Assembly: GCA_043228905.1 (NCBI GenBank)
Contig: JBHGNT010000001.1
Span: 28,334,001 to 28,398,000 of the forward strand
DNA length: 64,000 bases
Direction: 5' to 3'
DNA from: Azolla caroliniana
Taxonomy: Eukaryota; Plantae; Polypodiophyta
Position 1 is the stretch's first letter, and each line of letters starts with the position of its first letter. The notes under the pieces were generated by a model. The model was not told the DNA's origin. It made no database searches and was given only the letters and a program-made list of their open reading frames with translations. This document shows, one piece after another, positions 25,601 through 40,059 of the stretch. The position numbers and the translations under genes were made by a program.

Positions 25601-28017
25601 GATCGTGGAGGCTTGGTTGAGCTTGTGCACACTCAGGTTTCATCCAGTTGGCCTCTATTTTGTTGTTCACTCAAATAAAAGCATTCTTAATATTCTTTCC
25701 CATCTTTTGGATGGGTGCTCATACAATTCTATTAGATGCGTTTCATTTCTAATTTTGTCAAGCCTTAAGAATCCTCTGTCATTTTAAAACCCATGTTTCA
25801 GATGTATGCTCCTACAACGCTATTAGATGCCCCTTGCGACTTTTGGACCCTACGATACACATGCTGCATGGAAGATGGAAGCTTGGTGGTAAAGACGATA
25901 AAGATATTCTTAAAGTTCCTTTTTGTCTCATATTTTGTTACCATTACAAGCACAACATGAAACCCATCACTGTCTCACCACCTTAAGCTTGTAAAAATCC
26001 TAAGGCCCAATCCCCACAACATCATGTTTACCAAGTCCAAATGTAAGAAATTTTGATAAAGTAATCTTATTAAAAATCAGTAAGTGAGAACTTAGATATA
26101 TAATATATATTATATTGTGCTTTCACATTGTGCTTTATTGTAATATCTTGCTCTCTGGTGTGTAGGTATGTGAAAGATCATTGGCAGCAGGGCAAGGTAT
26201 CCAAGAAATCCCTGTTATGCCGGGTTTTACCAGGGCTGAAATGCTAACAAGTGGGTTCTTGATACGACCTTATGAACATGGAGGGTCAATGGTGATGGTG
26301 ATAGATGACTTGAGTTTTAAGGTATACTTGTTTTGGCTTTGATCCTACATGTTAAACTTTTTATTAGATTGAATATTGACCATTCATGCTCAAAAAAGTA
26401 ATGCGCTCATTGCTGGTTGCTAGTCTTGTAATCTATTGGAAGGATTTCGACCGCTTTATGGTGCATCTGCTATCCTTGCAAGGAGAATGACTTGTAAAGT
26501 AAGCTCTCTTTCTCTCTCTTTCTGTATTAGGGCTGTACCTTATTGGTTAGCCCTGTTTTTACTAACCCAGTGGTTGAACATCCTTTTGACACATACATCA
26601 TGAAAATGCTTCACTTTTGGTCCTAGAGGTTATATTTGACCTCCAAGGACGATAATAAGATCTCTTTCTTTTTTCCTTCGTAAATCTATGTTTGTTATTA
26701 AAACAAGATTTTAATACAACCCTTGCTATCTCCACTACTTTATTAGTAGTGATATGGCAAGATAAACCCTCTCAACTGCTGTAATACTAGATGACATGAA
26801 TCTACCTCATCTTGGTACAATGTCTCCATACAACATAGTTGTGAATTGCCAAATCAACTTGCTTTCAGCCTACTGAGTTGTTGTGGTACTCCCCGAAGTC
26901 CATCAAATAAGAACCCATTTCTCATAGTTCAGTTAAACCACATCTCCCAATACCTAAGGTAGTAGCACCATCAATAAACCCACTTAAACAATAGATCTAG
27001 CAATAATAGTTTGTCATGCACATAGGCCACATCGACCTAGACCTCAATCTTTTCACCCTCATCATCGACAAATAAAGGCCATTATCACCTGACACCTAAT
27101 CTACTTCCCTCACTTTGATGACCTCCCCATCTTCGATTGGCCCATGTTGGAGATCTTTTGAATACAGAAGTTTCAATCAATTTAGTTTGTCATGCACATA
27201 GGCCACATCGACCTAGAACTCAATCTTTTCACCCTCATCATCGACAAATAAAGGCCATTATCACCTGACACCTAATCTACTTCCCTCACTTTGATGACCT
27301 CCCCATCTTCGATTGGCCCATGTTGGAGATCTTTTGAATACAGAAGTTTCAATCAATTTAAGCTGAGGATTTTAAGTAGTACCTTAAGTAGGTCCACCAA
27401 TTTAGCTATATGATTTTCGTTTGTTGTTTATAGATAATTTTGGTCTCTTAAAAAATGTTGATGTATCTTTCTTTTTTTCTTGCTCCACCATATAGTCATT
27501 CTGGCATGCTAATCGTCTAATATCTTTATCTTCTTCTGTAGGTCCTATTTCATCTAAAGAGCATCGCCAAAGAGAATTTGAAATCTGAGATTGACATAAT
27601 CAGCGATCCAACTGCATCATTGCGAGGATTCGGCCATCGACTTATCAGGTTAGAATTTTCTTTTTTCATCACCTTACCACCATATATTGACTCCTTAATT
27701 AAATTATTGTTATTAGTATTAGTAGTAGTTAGAAGTGATTGTATCAGAACTAATGGCCAGTTTGATTATTTCAGAGGGTTCAATGATGCAGTCAATTGCT
27801 TTCCTGATGAAGGGTGGGTTTCTATAATCAATGATGGACCTAGTACTGTCAGCATTCACATTAACCCACCATCAAATGGCAAGCAATTTGGAGGTATCGA
27901 TGCTGGAAGCCGAATTAAAAATGGCATTATATGTGCAAAGGCCTCTTTGTTATTACAGGTTGGTTTTTTCAGGACAATCTTCTTCTCTCTCCTCTCTCCT
28001 CTCTCTCTCTCTCCTCC

Positions 28018-28055
<38 letters not shown>

Positions 28056-31000
28056 CTCCTGGTTGCCTCTGCAAGATACTGTATGTCAAAATAAGTGGCA
28101 GGTCCCACCACCTCTTCAAAAAAGGTTTTGGCGGACTCCTCAAGGTTATGGAATACGAAGAACAAGGTATTTCGGACTGTTCTTGCTAGAACTCAAGAAA
28201 TAGAGTGAAATTGAAGAACAACTCATCAACAAAGAAACATCACAACTTTCTTTTGCTCCATCACTCATATTGCAAGTCAATCAAGGGCTACACAATTAGG
28301 ATCTTGACCATAACACACAAAAGTGGTTACATTAGATCTGCCAATAGCAATTTTGTTATGCGACTAGACCATGTCCATCTAAGACCCTGTCACCCACTAT
28401 CATTGATATACAAAGCTCATATCATGTGACACTGAAGGCGCTTCCCTTGCTTCAGAGATCTCCATCTTGGATTGTCCCATGTTGGACATCTTTCAAAGGC
28501 ACAAGTTTCAGACTGTCTAAGTTTAAGTGCTTACCTAACAAAATTTTCTCGTATTTTAGGTGCTTCTACTAATTTAGTTATATTTATTTTGGTGTATTGT
28601 TCTCAAAGACAAGACAGGATTTTAAGATTTAATATCTCGCCCATTTTGCCATCATAAAAGATATTAATATATTTTTCTTTCATTCATTCTCCTCTGTCTG
28701 AACTCTCCCTCGCATACCATACCTCCCCTCCCTCCATATTTTAATAAAAAACAACTTGGATCGATATATATAGGGTGTTCCTCCTCCACTTCTGCTCCAA
28801 TTCCTCAAAGAGCGATGGATTTCCTGGGCCGACTTTGGTTCTGAGACAAGCCTAACTGATTCCACCAGGGCGAACGTGAATGATTTGTCGAAAAAAAAAT
28901 TCAGCTCTGTTCGTGTACTTCAGCCCATTATAGGGCAAGAGGAGGTACGAAATGCAACTTTATGGATGATCTGTTAGGATTTTCCTTTCTCTTAAGGCTA
29001 TGCTATTGATTTTAATCTTTGAATTCTGGAAACTGATGCTGCAAATGCATTAATTTCAATAGAAAAATGTTAGTTATAATCTTGAAGTCAAAGTATGATA
29101 AATTTTTCTGTCCTTTTTACAATATCCAATGTAGTGTTCGACCTGTCACTTAAGACTTGAATTCAGAACGTCTTCGTTTTTTTTTAACCACAACCTTAAA
29201 CCACTTCTGACTTGAACCTAGAACCTCGAGGTTATTCTTTGAAGGACAGCCTTTATAGCACTTAAGACTTGAGCCGAGAACCTTCAAGTTGTTATTTTTT
29301 AAAGCATAACCTTTAACCTTCTAATTGTAAATATAATTTTGTATGGACATATAAAAGCAATGCTTTTCACATTGGTGACCATGTACTACATCATGTTTTG
29401 AATGTGAGAACTCAAATATATAGAAAATAAACCATGTGTATGTGTCCATCGCTGCCCCCTGCAGGTGTTAGAGCTAATGAAAATTCAGAGGTCAAGATCA
29501 CCGAGTGGTGATATCTTACCGGAGAACTTTTTGCTTCAGGTGTGAAATAGTAATGTCACATACAATTAGAACCGTTTTTACCATGTACATTTGCTGAAAC
29601 GTTTTTATTGGATGGGGATTGGGGAATGGGTGGGGGGATTGATCTATGAAGCTTTGCAGCATTGTGGAGGAAATACAAGTTGGGGAGTATTCTCAGTTGA
29701 TTTTTGCACCTATTGATGCATCGGTTCCCGATGATGCTCCTCTTCTACCTTCGGGTTTCCGTATCATGCATTTAAATGGCTCCAAAGTAAGCTTTACATA
29801 TCAGAAGGTTTGTTTGAAAATAGCATGTGTTCAACCAAAGTTCGTTCGATTTTACACCAAAGCTTAAACCAGATAGTTTGTGCTGGTGTAGGAAACTTCC
29901 TCGCAAACCTTGGATCTAGCATCGTCGCTTGAAGATCGGTCGATGGTGGCGAATAATAGGATTCAAGTAATAAACAATAGCCATTCATTGCAAGGTCAAA
30001 GCTCTATTGTGACCATAGCATTCCAATACATGTACAAGGCGGAAAGCCGTGATGTGGTGGCTTTAAATGTTCAACGACATGTCCAAGCATTGGTTGATGT
30101 TCTTCAGCAGGCAGGAGCTTCTCTACGGCTATATAACCCAGCCCCCATGATTGGGCATCCACCCACTATGATGGGGCAATGTAGCATGGAAGCTCTGGTT
30201 CTGGTGCAACAGATTGTAGATAGCTACAGGTATGGATATTACTAATATTAGCTTTTATTGTATGTTAGCTTGTGATGATGCTCCTTTCTATAAGAATGGT
30301 GTCTAACCAAGCTGGAAGGCAGAATCCCAAGTTTTAAATTGCATGCATTGCTCTTAGATAACAATGTTGAGGCCCAAGAGGAAATAACGTCTCTTATTAG
30401 CTCTAATATTGAAGTCTAATTGCCTAGAAAATGTTCACTTGCAGGTCCTATCTATGCCAAGATCTTTTGCAATGCATAGGTGGAGGCGCCGAAGGATTGT
30501 TCAGGAGCTTCTGGACACTCAAAGATTCAATTGTTTGTTGTGCTTGGAAGGTGTTTCCCAAAAACAAAACAAAACTCTTTTTTTGCTGATATCTGTTTTT
30601 TGTATGATGATGGTGATGGTGATTATGATATGGTTGCAGCCCTTACCAGAGTTCATATTTGCAAACCAAGCAGCTCTTGATATGCTAGAAACAAATCCAA
30701 CTGCGTTGCGGGGACTATCCCTCGATCAAATGTTTAATGATGGGTCTAGCAAGACAGACTATTCCCAACCTCCTCCTTTCATCCTCAAAGAGGTATCTTG
30801 AAAAAATATTATCTCTAAAATCGTCACCAACATTAATTAATTCATCAAAATGGGCTTCATGAAAGTATATGTATATGTGCGTCTAAAACAAGTGTACTGA
30901 CCATGTTATGATTATATATAAATATATATAATATATATGAATACTCTTTCTTACAGGGCTATGCTTGTCTACCATCGGGAATTTGTTTAACAAGTACTGG

Positions 31001-31115
31001 CCATCCGGTTTCCTTTGATTGTGCTACGGGATGGAAGGTGATAACTAATGATAAAAACGCTCAAGTAGCCGCTTTTATGTTTTGTAATTGGTCCTTTTCT
31101 AGTGTTCCTTCATAG
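22604..31115 (+). CDS. C3HDZ: Class III homeodomain-leucine zipper transcription factor (HD-Zip-START-SAD-MEKHLA; PHB/REV family), 18 coding exons, 859 aa
   Basis: Exons with GT-AG borders and consistent phase: 22604-22827, 23446-23650, 24585-24688, 24942-25032, 25332-25427, 25523-25636, 25802-25888, 26166-26321, 26424-26498, 27542-27648, 27775-27958, 28774-28944, 29465-29539, 29652-29786, 29892-30229, 30445-30550, 30640-30792, 30957-31115 (sum 2580 nt). Motifs: GKYARYT..QVE, KVWFQNRRCREKQRKE, PGMKPGPDS, GFNDAVN, LIFAPID...PLLPSGFR, TLDLASSLE, FANQAALDMLET, FMFCNWSF. Confidence 0.95.
23130..23199 (-). pseudogene. Degenerate tRNA-Gln-like relic (plant mitochondrial trnQ-UUG type) in HD-ZIP intron 1
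   Basis: Reverse complement is TGGAGTATAGCCAAGTGGTACGGCATTGGTTTTTGATACAACACACAAAGGTTCAAATGC. The 5' half, TTG anticodon loop and CAAAGGTTC match the plant mt trnQ as I recall it. The 3' stems are broken. Confidence 0.65.
23873..24350. repeat. ~168-bp degenerate tandem repeat (about 3 copies) in HD-ZIP intron 2
   Basis: TTGATCATAT..TTGCTCTTGC...GGCAT...TTTTGAGGATGAAA units start at ~23873, ~24042 and ~24208. A partial copy lies at ~23773. Confidence 0.85.
25022..25341 (+). promoter_or_regulatory. miR165/166 target site, formed only after splicing of intron 4
   Basis: Exon 4 ends CCGGGATGAAG (25032) and exon 5 begins CCTGGTCCGG (25332). The joined sequence is complementary to miR166 (UCGGACCAGGCUUCAUUCCCC), with positions 2-16 perfectly paired. 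Confidence 0.93.
27007..27360. repeat. Near-perfect 176-bp tandem duplication in HD-ZIP intron 9
   Basis: TAGTTTGTCATGCACATAGGCC... starts at 27007 and again at 27183. I see one mismatch (ACCTC/AACTC). Confidence 0.92.
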
Positions 31116-31361
31116 GATTGTTCTTGAAGATGGCAAGGTACATAGTTATACATCTATAACTTAAGTGAACCTTTTTTGGAGCTCACTTCTTCTTTGCAAG
31201 AAAGTTTTACGTGATTTATTTTAGCGCCTACATATATGAATAGATTTTGTTTTTAACATTATCTTTTTTTCTTTTGAGCATTTTGGAACTGTCCAACATG
31301 TTTTTATACATCATTCATACTGTTTAAACAAGATACATTAGACAACGGGCAAATTTTTTAG

Positions 31362-31456
31362 TGTTGCCATACAGTTTCCTTTGATTGTGCCATGTGATGG
31401 GAGGTGATAACTAATGATAAAAATGTGGAAGTAATCGCCATTAAGTTTTGTAATTT
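31362..31456 (+). repeat. Diverged partial copy of the last HD-ZIP exon
   Basis: GTTTCCTTTGATTGTGC...GGTGATAACTAATGATAAAAA...TTTTGTAATT matches ~31000-31089. Confidence 0.85.
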
Positions 31457-32906
31457 ACATATTATTATATATGATTTTGGTGTAAAATTATGTTAATGAT
31501 TTCTTTGGAGCATTTTGGCATATTTATAGGAGATACAATCCTTGAAGGCCATATTGTGCATTGTGTCACTGTTTTGTTTGGAATATGTTGGTATGTGCAA
31601 TAAGAAAAAACGTTATCTAACACAACTACATACAGTCCACTAAGGGCAAAAATTTGAAGGTTTTATTGAATTGCCCTAACCATATACACGTATTCTTTTA
31701 CAACTTCCACTGAGCTGTCATGTTTTCTCTGATGCTTTTATTGTATATAAACAAACGATTAACATTAGTGCATTTGGGGGAGACAGCTCACTGTTATGAG
31801 CCCACGTAAAATATGTACTGTGGGAACTTGCCAGCCTGTTTATAAGCATGTGTCGAACAAAGATTTAGACATAGCACATACTGCATTGATGCAACATACA
31901 TAACTGATTAACTATATAAAAAACATCCTACTTTAGAAGCATGTGTTAAGAGGGTAATTTAGACATAATCACAACATAATGCGGAACGTACTCTTTTAAG
32001 AGCCAATGTTAGATAAAATAACTGTTCGTAAACAAAACGTGTCATGCCTGGACATGTTACGCATAGTACAACAATGTCTATATTATATATATACATCGAA
32101 TGTTTATGTGGTGGTGATATATTACACTCCATATTATCATTTCACACTTTTTACATACAATTGAGGTAGTGTAGAGGAAAATCGCTTTCAAACAAACGCC
32201 TTCCCTGCTTAAGTTGCTATTGACTTGCCCATTTTTGTTATAACAAAATCTGTACAAGCCAAGTTTCTCTACTGTAGTTACTGTAACATTAACGATATTT
32301 ATATTAAAGATGTGCACATATACCTCCAAACTAAATAGAGCCACAAGTTACAAAGCCATTACTACTAGACACAGCTTGGTTAAAACTTAGACATACTAAA
32401 AAACATTTTAGTCCATATTTCCACATATGCTTCCCACAATCCAAATAAAACAATTCATAGCTCAACTACTACGATCACAACAGAAAAGTAGTCCCTATAT
32501 TATCCTTAAAGCATAAATGTTTTTCAAGAACATGATACAATGATAAAGAATGATACTAATTTTAATTCGAGATAACTCGGTAATATCTCGGCATCATAGT
32601 ATCAAGGTCAGTCATTAACATAATAATAATACCAGAGAGACCTCATCCTTCCACATACCGAAAACAAGAAAAATGCTCCTACTAAGCCAGCAACTTGAGA
32701 AAATTCATAATCATATCATAGAAAGACTACTCCAACCGAATAAATATTTTAGTCAGGCAGGGTAAAAATAAGAGTTGTCCAACCTACCTCCTCTTCAAAG
32801 AAGCATAACAAAAGATCTTCCTACAAAACATCAAGAAAGCAACAAAATGCAAAACAAAACTGAAATCCCGTCCAAAAACAACAGTGCATAGATTGGAGTG
32901 AATGAA

Positions 32907-34535
<1,629 letters not shown>

Positions 34536-35530
34536 TTATCAAAAATCAAATGACCACCATAGTGACAACGAAAACTGCAACGGCGTCAAAATGACTACAG
34601 ACAAACACACAACATATTTCGACAAACGATAACGATGACTCTTAACAAAAACAAAAGATCTTAGATAACTTCAGAATGTCTCAAAAAGGACGGCTTTAAC
34701 AGTATTAACAAGAATCAATAAAGAAAAACCAAATGAAGAAAGTGTACAGAACGGATCGAAAAATGTAAGATATCAATAGGTAGAAAACCGCTGGAAACAA
34801 ATATTCAAGAGAAAGTGTTAGGTTTCAAAACAGATCTGAACCATACCCTAGAAACATTGCATACAAAAGGAGAAGAAAAGGTTTGGTTCAGAACTGCATT
34901 GAGGCCCATGGGAAGAGCGAATACATTAGCAATTTGCAGGGGAGAGAATAAAGGAGAAAGAGTATGCAGGAAAAAATAAAAACCAGACCTTTTAAGTAAG
35001 ATAAGCAGGTGTGGAAAAAAGTGGAAAGAACCAAAATCCAGAGTAAGTGAGCATGTTCTGGATGTGCAGGAAGAGGTGAGCGAAGAGGGGCAAAAGCTTG
35101 AAGGGAGGAAAACAGAAGAAATGCGGCCTTTCTTTGACGAAATTTCAAAGAACAAGGGAGAGGAAAAAATGAAGGAAACTGAGAAATTTCGAAGAGGGAA
35201 ACAGAAAGTAGAACTCTCAGAGGAAAAACAGGAGACATGGAAGAAAAATATGGACCTTTTAAAATGAAGAGAAACAGAACATTTGAGAGAACAGGGAGGA
35301 ATGGAAGGGAGGCAGAAACATAAGACACAAGGTAGAAAAGAAACAAATTTAAGCTATGTAAGACAAGAAGAAGCCCAGCAGTGAAGCTGAATACCGAGAG
35401 AAGAAAGACCAAACCGAAGAAAGCAGAAGAGAATTGAAAGAAAGAAAGAAGAAGAGATAAGAATTAATGGAGGGAAGGAAGGAAAGGCATACCTGCAAGT
35501 CGAAGAGAATAGGTCGGAGGAGATCTTCGA

Positions 35531-35562
35531 TCTGAGTCTGAGTCTGAGTCTGAGTCTGAGTC
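35531..35562. repeat. (GACTCA)5 hexamer repeat in the EF1A first non-coding exon
   Basis: TCTGAG repeated on the + strand. Confidence 0.85.
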
Positions 35563-35608
35563 GTCTGTGTGTAACAGGAGTGAGAGAGCGAGCCGCCAAG
35601 CCGCACAG

Positions 35609-35702
35609 AGTATATAGAGAGCAGAGTGGAAAGACCTAAGCTCTCTGCTCTTCTTCACTCTTTATAGCCCCCCCCCTCTCACTCTGCCCACAAACCCTAA
35701 CC

Positions 35703-35734
<32 letters not shown>

Positions 35735-35810
35735 TACCCCTCTGTGTGTGTGTGTGTGTGTGTGTTTCGTATGTACGCCGTCCGATCTCTCCCCTCCGAT
35801 CCAACGGCTC
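35609..35810 (-). promoter_or_regulatory. EF1A promoter: TATA box, telo-box and MSA-like element
   Basis: TATATA at 35611-35616, ~25-30 nt upstream of a pyrimidine-rich putative TSS. AAACCCTAA (telo-box, known from plant EF1A and ribosomal-protein promoters) at 35692-35700. GATCCAACGGCT at ~35799-35810. Confidence 0.7.
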
Positions 35811-36036
35811 CGATTCTGACCCCCCCATCGCTCTTCATCTCCACCGTTGCTCCTCGGCGGGCAGGCGGGCGGACGGACGGCCTCGATCCATCCATCCATC
35901 CCCCACCCATCATCTCCCTCCCCTTCGTTCAATAATCTTCCACATACATACATACATACATACATACATACACACACACACATACATACATACACACACA
36001 CACATACATACATACATACACACATACAGAGTATCA

Positions 36037-36225
36037 ACCATACGTGCATTCGCATTCGAGAGGGCTTACATCACTCGAGTATGGTAAACACCGTCGAAGT
36101 ATATGGTAAATACTAAATAATACCATACATAGTATGAACCATACGTGCATTCGCATTCTCGAATACTTAAATCATTCGAGTATGCTAAACACCGTCTAAG
36201 TATAGTAAATACTAAATACCATACT
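36037..36225. repeat. ~101-bp degenerate direct repeat upstream of EF1A
   Basis: ACCATACGTGCATTCGCATTC...CGAGTATG.TAAACACCGTC occurs at ~36037 and ~36138. Confidence 0.8.
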
Positions 36226-39200
36226 TTTGTATTCATTACTTATTATAAGGTTTTTTTTTTTTTTTTTAAAGGTAAGAAAGTTAAGATAAAAAGTATAAAA
36301 ATAAAAAAAACACAAATGTTTAGATAACTTACGCATTCGTTTTCATTCGTATGTAAAAAAAGAATGTTTGCCAATGCATTCGAGCATATTACGTACTGTG
36401 CATACACACATACATACATACATACATGCATATGTATTTATGTATGTATTTCGTTATCTCGTCTTTCTAGTATTTTTTTTTTTTTACTTCTTTGTTATTA
36501 CCTTGGGAAAATACTTTTCGTTGTTTCTTCTTTTCTTTTTTCCTTTTTGTTGTTTTTTCTTTTCTCTTCTCTTTTTGCTTTTTCTTCTTTTCTTTTTTGT
36601 TTTGTTTTTGTGTGTGTATGTGTGTGTGTGTGTTTTCTTTTTCTCCACGATATGTACATATATCAACATGTATACATACATACGCTTCTTCTAGACGCAT
36701 GCATCATGTGTAGTTGCTTTGTCTTGTCTTGTCTTTGTCTTGGGTTTATTATGTGTAAACTTCTTTAAACCCCCTTGGGCCAAGTCAATTAAGTGTGATT
36801 GCACCTCTCTCACACACAGTTAGTGGCCAAAATGCTCCTTTGGTTTTCGGTGAATGTAAGTAACCCTGGAAAAGGTGTGTGTGTGTGGGGGGGGGGGGGG
36901 GGGGGGGTTGGAAGTTTGAATTTGGTTGTCCTCGAGATTGTTGGTGTGGATTGCCATATAATGAAAGGGAACCACCTAAATGCAACATAACCCGATCATT
37001 GGTTAAATGAGGAGATAACGATGTGTTTTCATTGCTGTGTAGAGAAAAAATGTGGCCCTTGCTAGTGAACGCCAAGTGTTGAGGTGTTGATAGCTTATAC
37101 TGAGTTTGCCTGGATATGTGGGGCATCGTGATCATTGTTACTAGTCTCAACTAAAGTTCGGTGGCTAAAACCTCCAACTGAATGTCAAGTGACTCAAGTC
37201 CAATGACGATTAATTATAAAGCACTTTAAGATTTATGATTGGCTAGCGAAAGTCGACAAAAGCCACCATCGAAAGACAAGATTTTGAATGAAAAGGCTTG
37301 AAATATTCATTAAACATATTTATTTTACTATTTCAAGATGATAAAGAGAAAGGGCGTTGGGTTGTATGTAATGAATTGTTTTAAGCACGAGTGTCATAAT
37401 ATTGATGTGATTTCCTTGATAAAAAATTGATAGTGGGGATTGTTCGATGCAATATTGATCACATATACGAGTTGCTACAAGCATTGTGGGGTTGAACATA
37501 TAACATGACAGACATTATTGCAATCTTAGGTTTCTTCTCTCCCATTGTCGATGATAAACAATGTTGTTGCATATGAATGTTTGTATTGGTGTTTTAGTAG
37601 GTTTCTTGGTGTTTTGTATTGCTATTTTGGATTATTAGGTTTGGTGATGCAGGACGACATATTAGGTGCGAAAACATTTTGTGTGTGTGCTCATTGTTTA
37701 TCTTTTATAGGTAATCGTTGTGCTTTATTTCTCTTCGAGATATTGCTCTTAATAAGGGATACATCTTGGTCTAGCCATTTATTTTTAGGGAGAAATTCCA
37801 TATGCTCGTGACTTCTTGTTTCCAATATACCTACCAATCTCTTAAATAATTAAGAAATGGTTTAATACGACGACATGTTGACAAAGAATAGTTTAAAAAG
37901 AATCATATGATTTAAGGCTGATTGGGTAATATCGCCTTTGGACCCACGTGTTCATGGCCGATGAGCTTCACACATGAGTGTTTTGTGATTTATCTAGGGA
38001 TAATCATAACCAACAGGTTGTTGTGCTTGTAATATATCGTATTTTTTAAACTACAAGGGGTAAAGTTGATGCTACCCCTAAAGGCTCATAAGCAGATGCT
38101 AGATTTAAAATACAAGATACCAACTTTACAAAAGCTACCATTGTCTTTACACCGAAATGGGTCCTTTGCCCCTTTACACCAAGATAAGACATTTGCTCTT
38201 AAACTTTAAGACATAGCCCGATTAGGTTCACAAAAAAACATAAAAACCAATTGCTACCACAAGCCTTGTGTATTATGTTGTATTCTAAGGCAAAATTATA
38301 TACTATGTATGAATAGCTTGTGAGTCTTCCGGACCAATTCACTCTCACCAACAGTTACCCACCATATGAATTCATTCATTATGAAATTAATCACACGTCC
38401 ATAATTTCATGTCTACTTGTAAATAGAAGTGGTTCATCATTCACAACACATGTTTGGCAATAGATCGAACACTTCTATGTAATGGGCGTTGTCCAATTGT
38501 GACATTTCATGACTATAAAATTGTGTCCATGTGGTTGGTTTTAGTATTATTCTAAGAACAAAAAAGTATTTTTCTCCCAAACATTTTGTAAACATGTATC
38601 TAGAAAAAAATTTAGGCTTTATGTTTTGTCACTATTGTACGTGATATGGTTGTCAAGAATGTGCAAAGTTCTTAGATGAGAGAGGGTGGGTTCTCATAAA
38701 CATGTATTGTTCATTGAGATCATCTAAACATCAAGAGCATATCTCCTAGATGCTGAGATGTCAAAAACATCAACCAAATCTCAAGAGTCATCAACATTGA
38801 CCATTATATTAAGCTTTGAGAATTTTCTTCAAATGGAGAAAAAAAAACAGATAAGAACAATAAGTTTGTGGTAGATGTCAATGATATAGTCTAATAGCAT
38901 ATATATAGCCCATTATCAAATAATATAGGTGTTTGAAAATGTCAATGTTAACCATATCTTAATAAAGTCAATATTACCATGATCCTCGTCATTTAGTGAC
39001 TCTATTGATTTGTACCCATAAAGGACACAAACACACTACCACGGTAGCTCAAACAAATGTTGAAACGTATCATACCATGTAGAAGCATAAACTCTAAGAA
39101 GGATGTCAATAAATTGTAACCACACTCATCATCATGCCAACTGACCCACTAATGAAGACAAATCCAAATCTCCATTTCACACGCAACACAATTAACAACA

Positions 39201-40059
39201 CACATGTTTTTCTTGAGGAGATGGATATAGGGCAAATGCACTTTTGATTTGTACTTTGGAAGGAGGCCTTTAATTGAATATGGCAATAAGCCACATACCA
39301 ATTTCGATGAAGTGGAGACAAGTTTTTGAAACCAAATCGACAACATCCATGCCTCGTCATCACTAGAAAAGCAATTCTACCACTAAAAGTACACAAAATG
39401 AGATAAGACCTCTAAATCGTCCATAATATTCAAAGTGTTAACATGAAAGAATCCTCAAGATAAACTCTTGAAGGGCTTGATGTTAACCAAATATTTCGAA
39501 ATGTGCCCCCCAAAGTTAGTAATGGTTGAGTATGCTCAAATTTAGCATTTCAAACCAACCTCCCAATGAAAGAAATGTTAGAACCAAGCATTATGAGTGG
39601 AAAAGTTAACTTGAACTAGGACCTTGGTCTTTGGGATCCATCATTTGAAGCTCAAATTTGAGAAGGGGATTGTTGTTGTTGCAGGACCTATCGGCCGGTC
39701 GTTGAAGTGTGTGCTAAACTTTGTGTAAATAGCCAAAACTATGTGACACAAGTCACAGCCAACGAACAAAAACACAATGGAAATAAGTAGTTGAAAATAA
39801 ATTAACTTGGGAAGGAACAATGGGATATAGAAAAAGAAGAAGCCCACTATGGGATATGATGTGGTTGTCCGCAAAAGAACCTATTGCAAGATTACTATGG
39901 GATCTGGGGGGTTGGTTTTGGTCATATTCCTTGGGGGAACAGGTCATAAAGGTTCCCTTCTTTTAGTATTCAGTGAGGCTTGGAAGGTCATTACTAATGT
40001 CTACGTGTAATGGTACCAACAACTCAAAAACATTGGACTAACTAGGGTGTTTCAACATT

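Noticed and set aside
20300-31500. MIR166 precursor near its target gene
   Set aside because: I did not see the mature miR165/166 sequence or a matching hairpin in the window.
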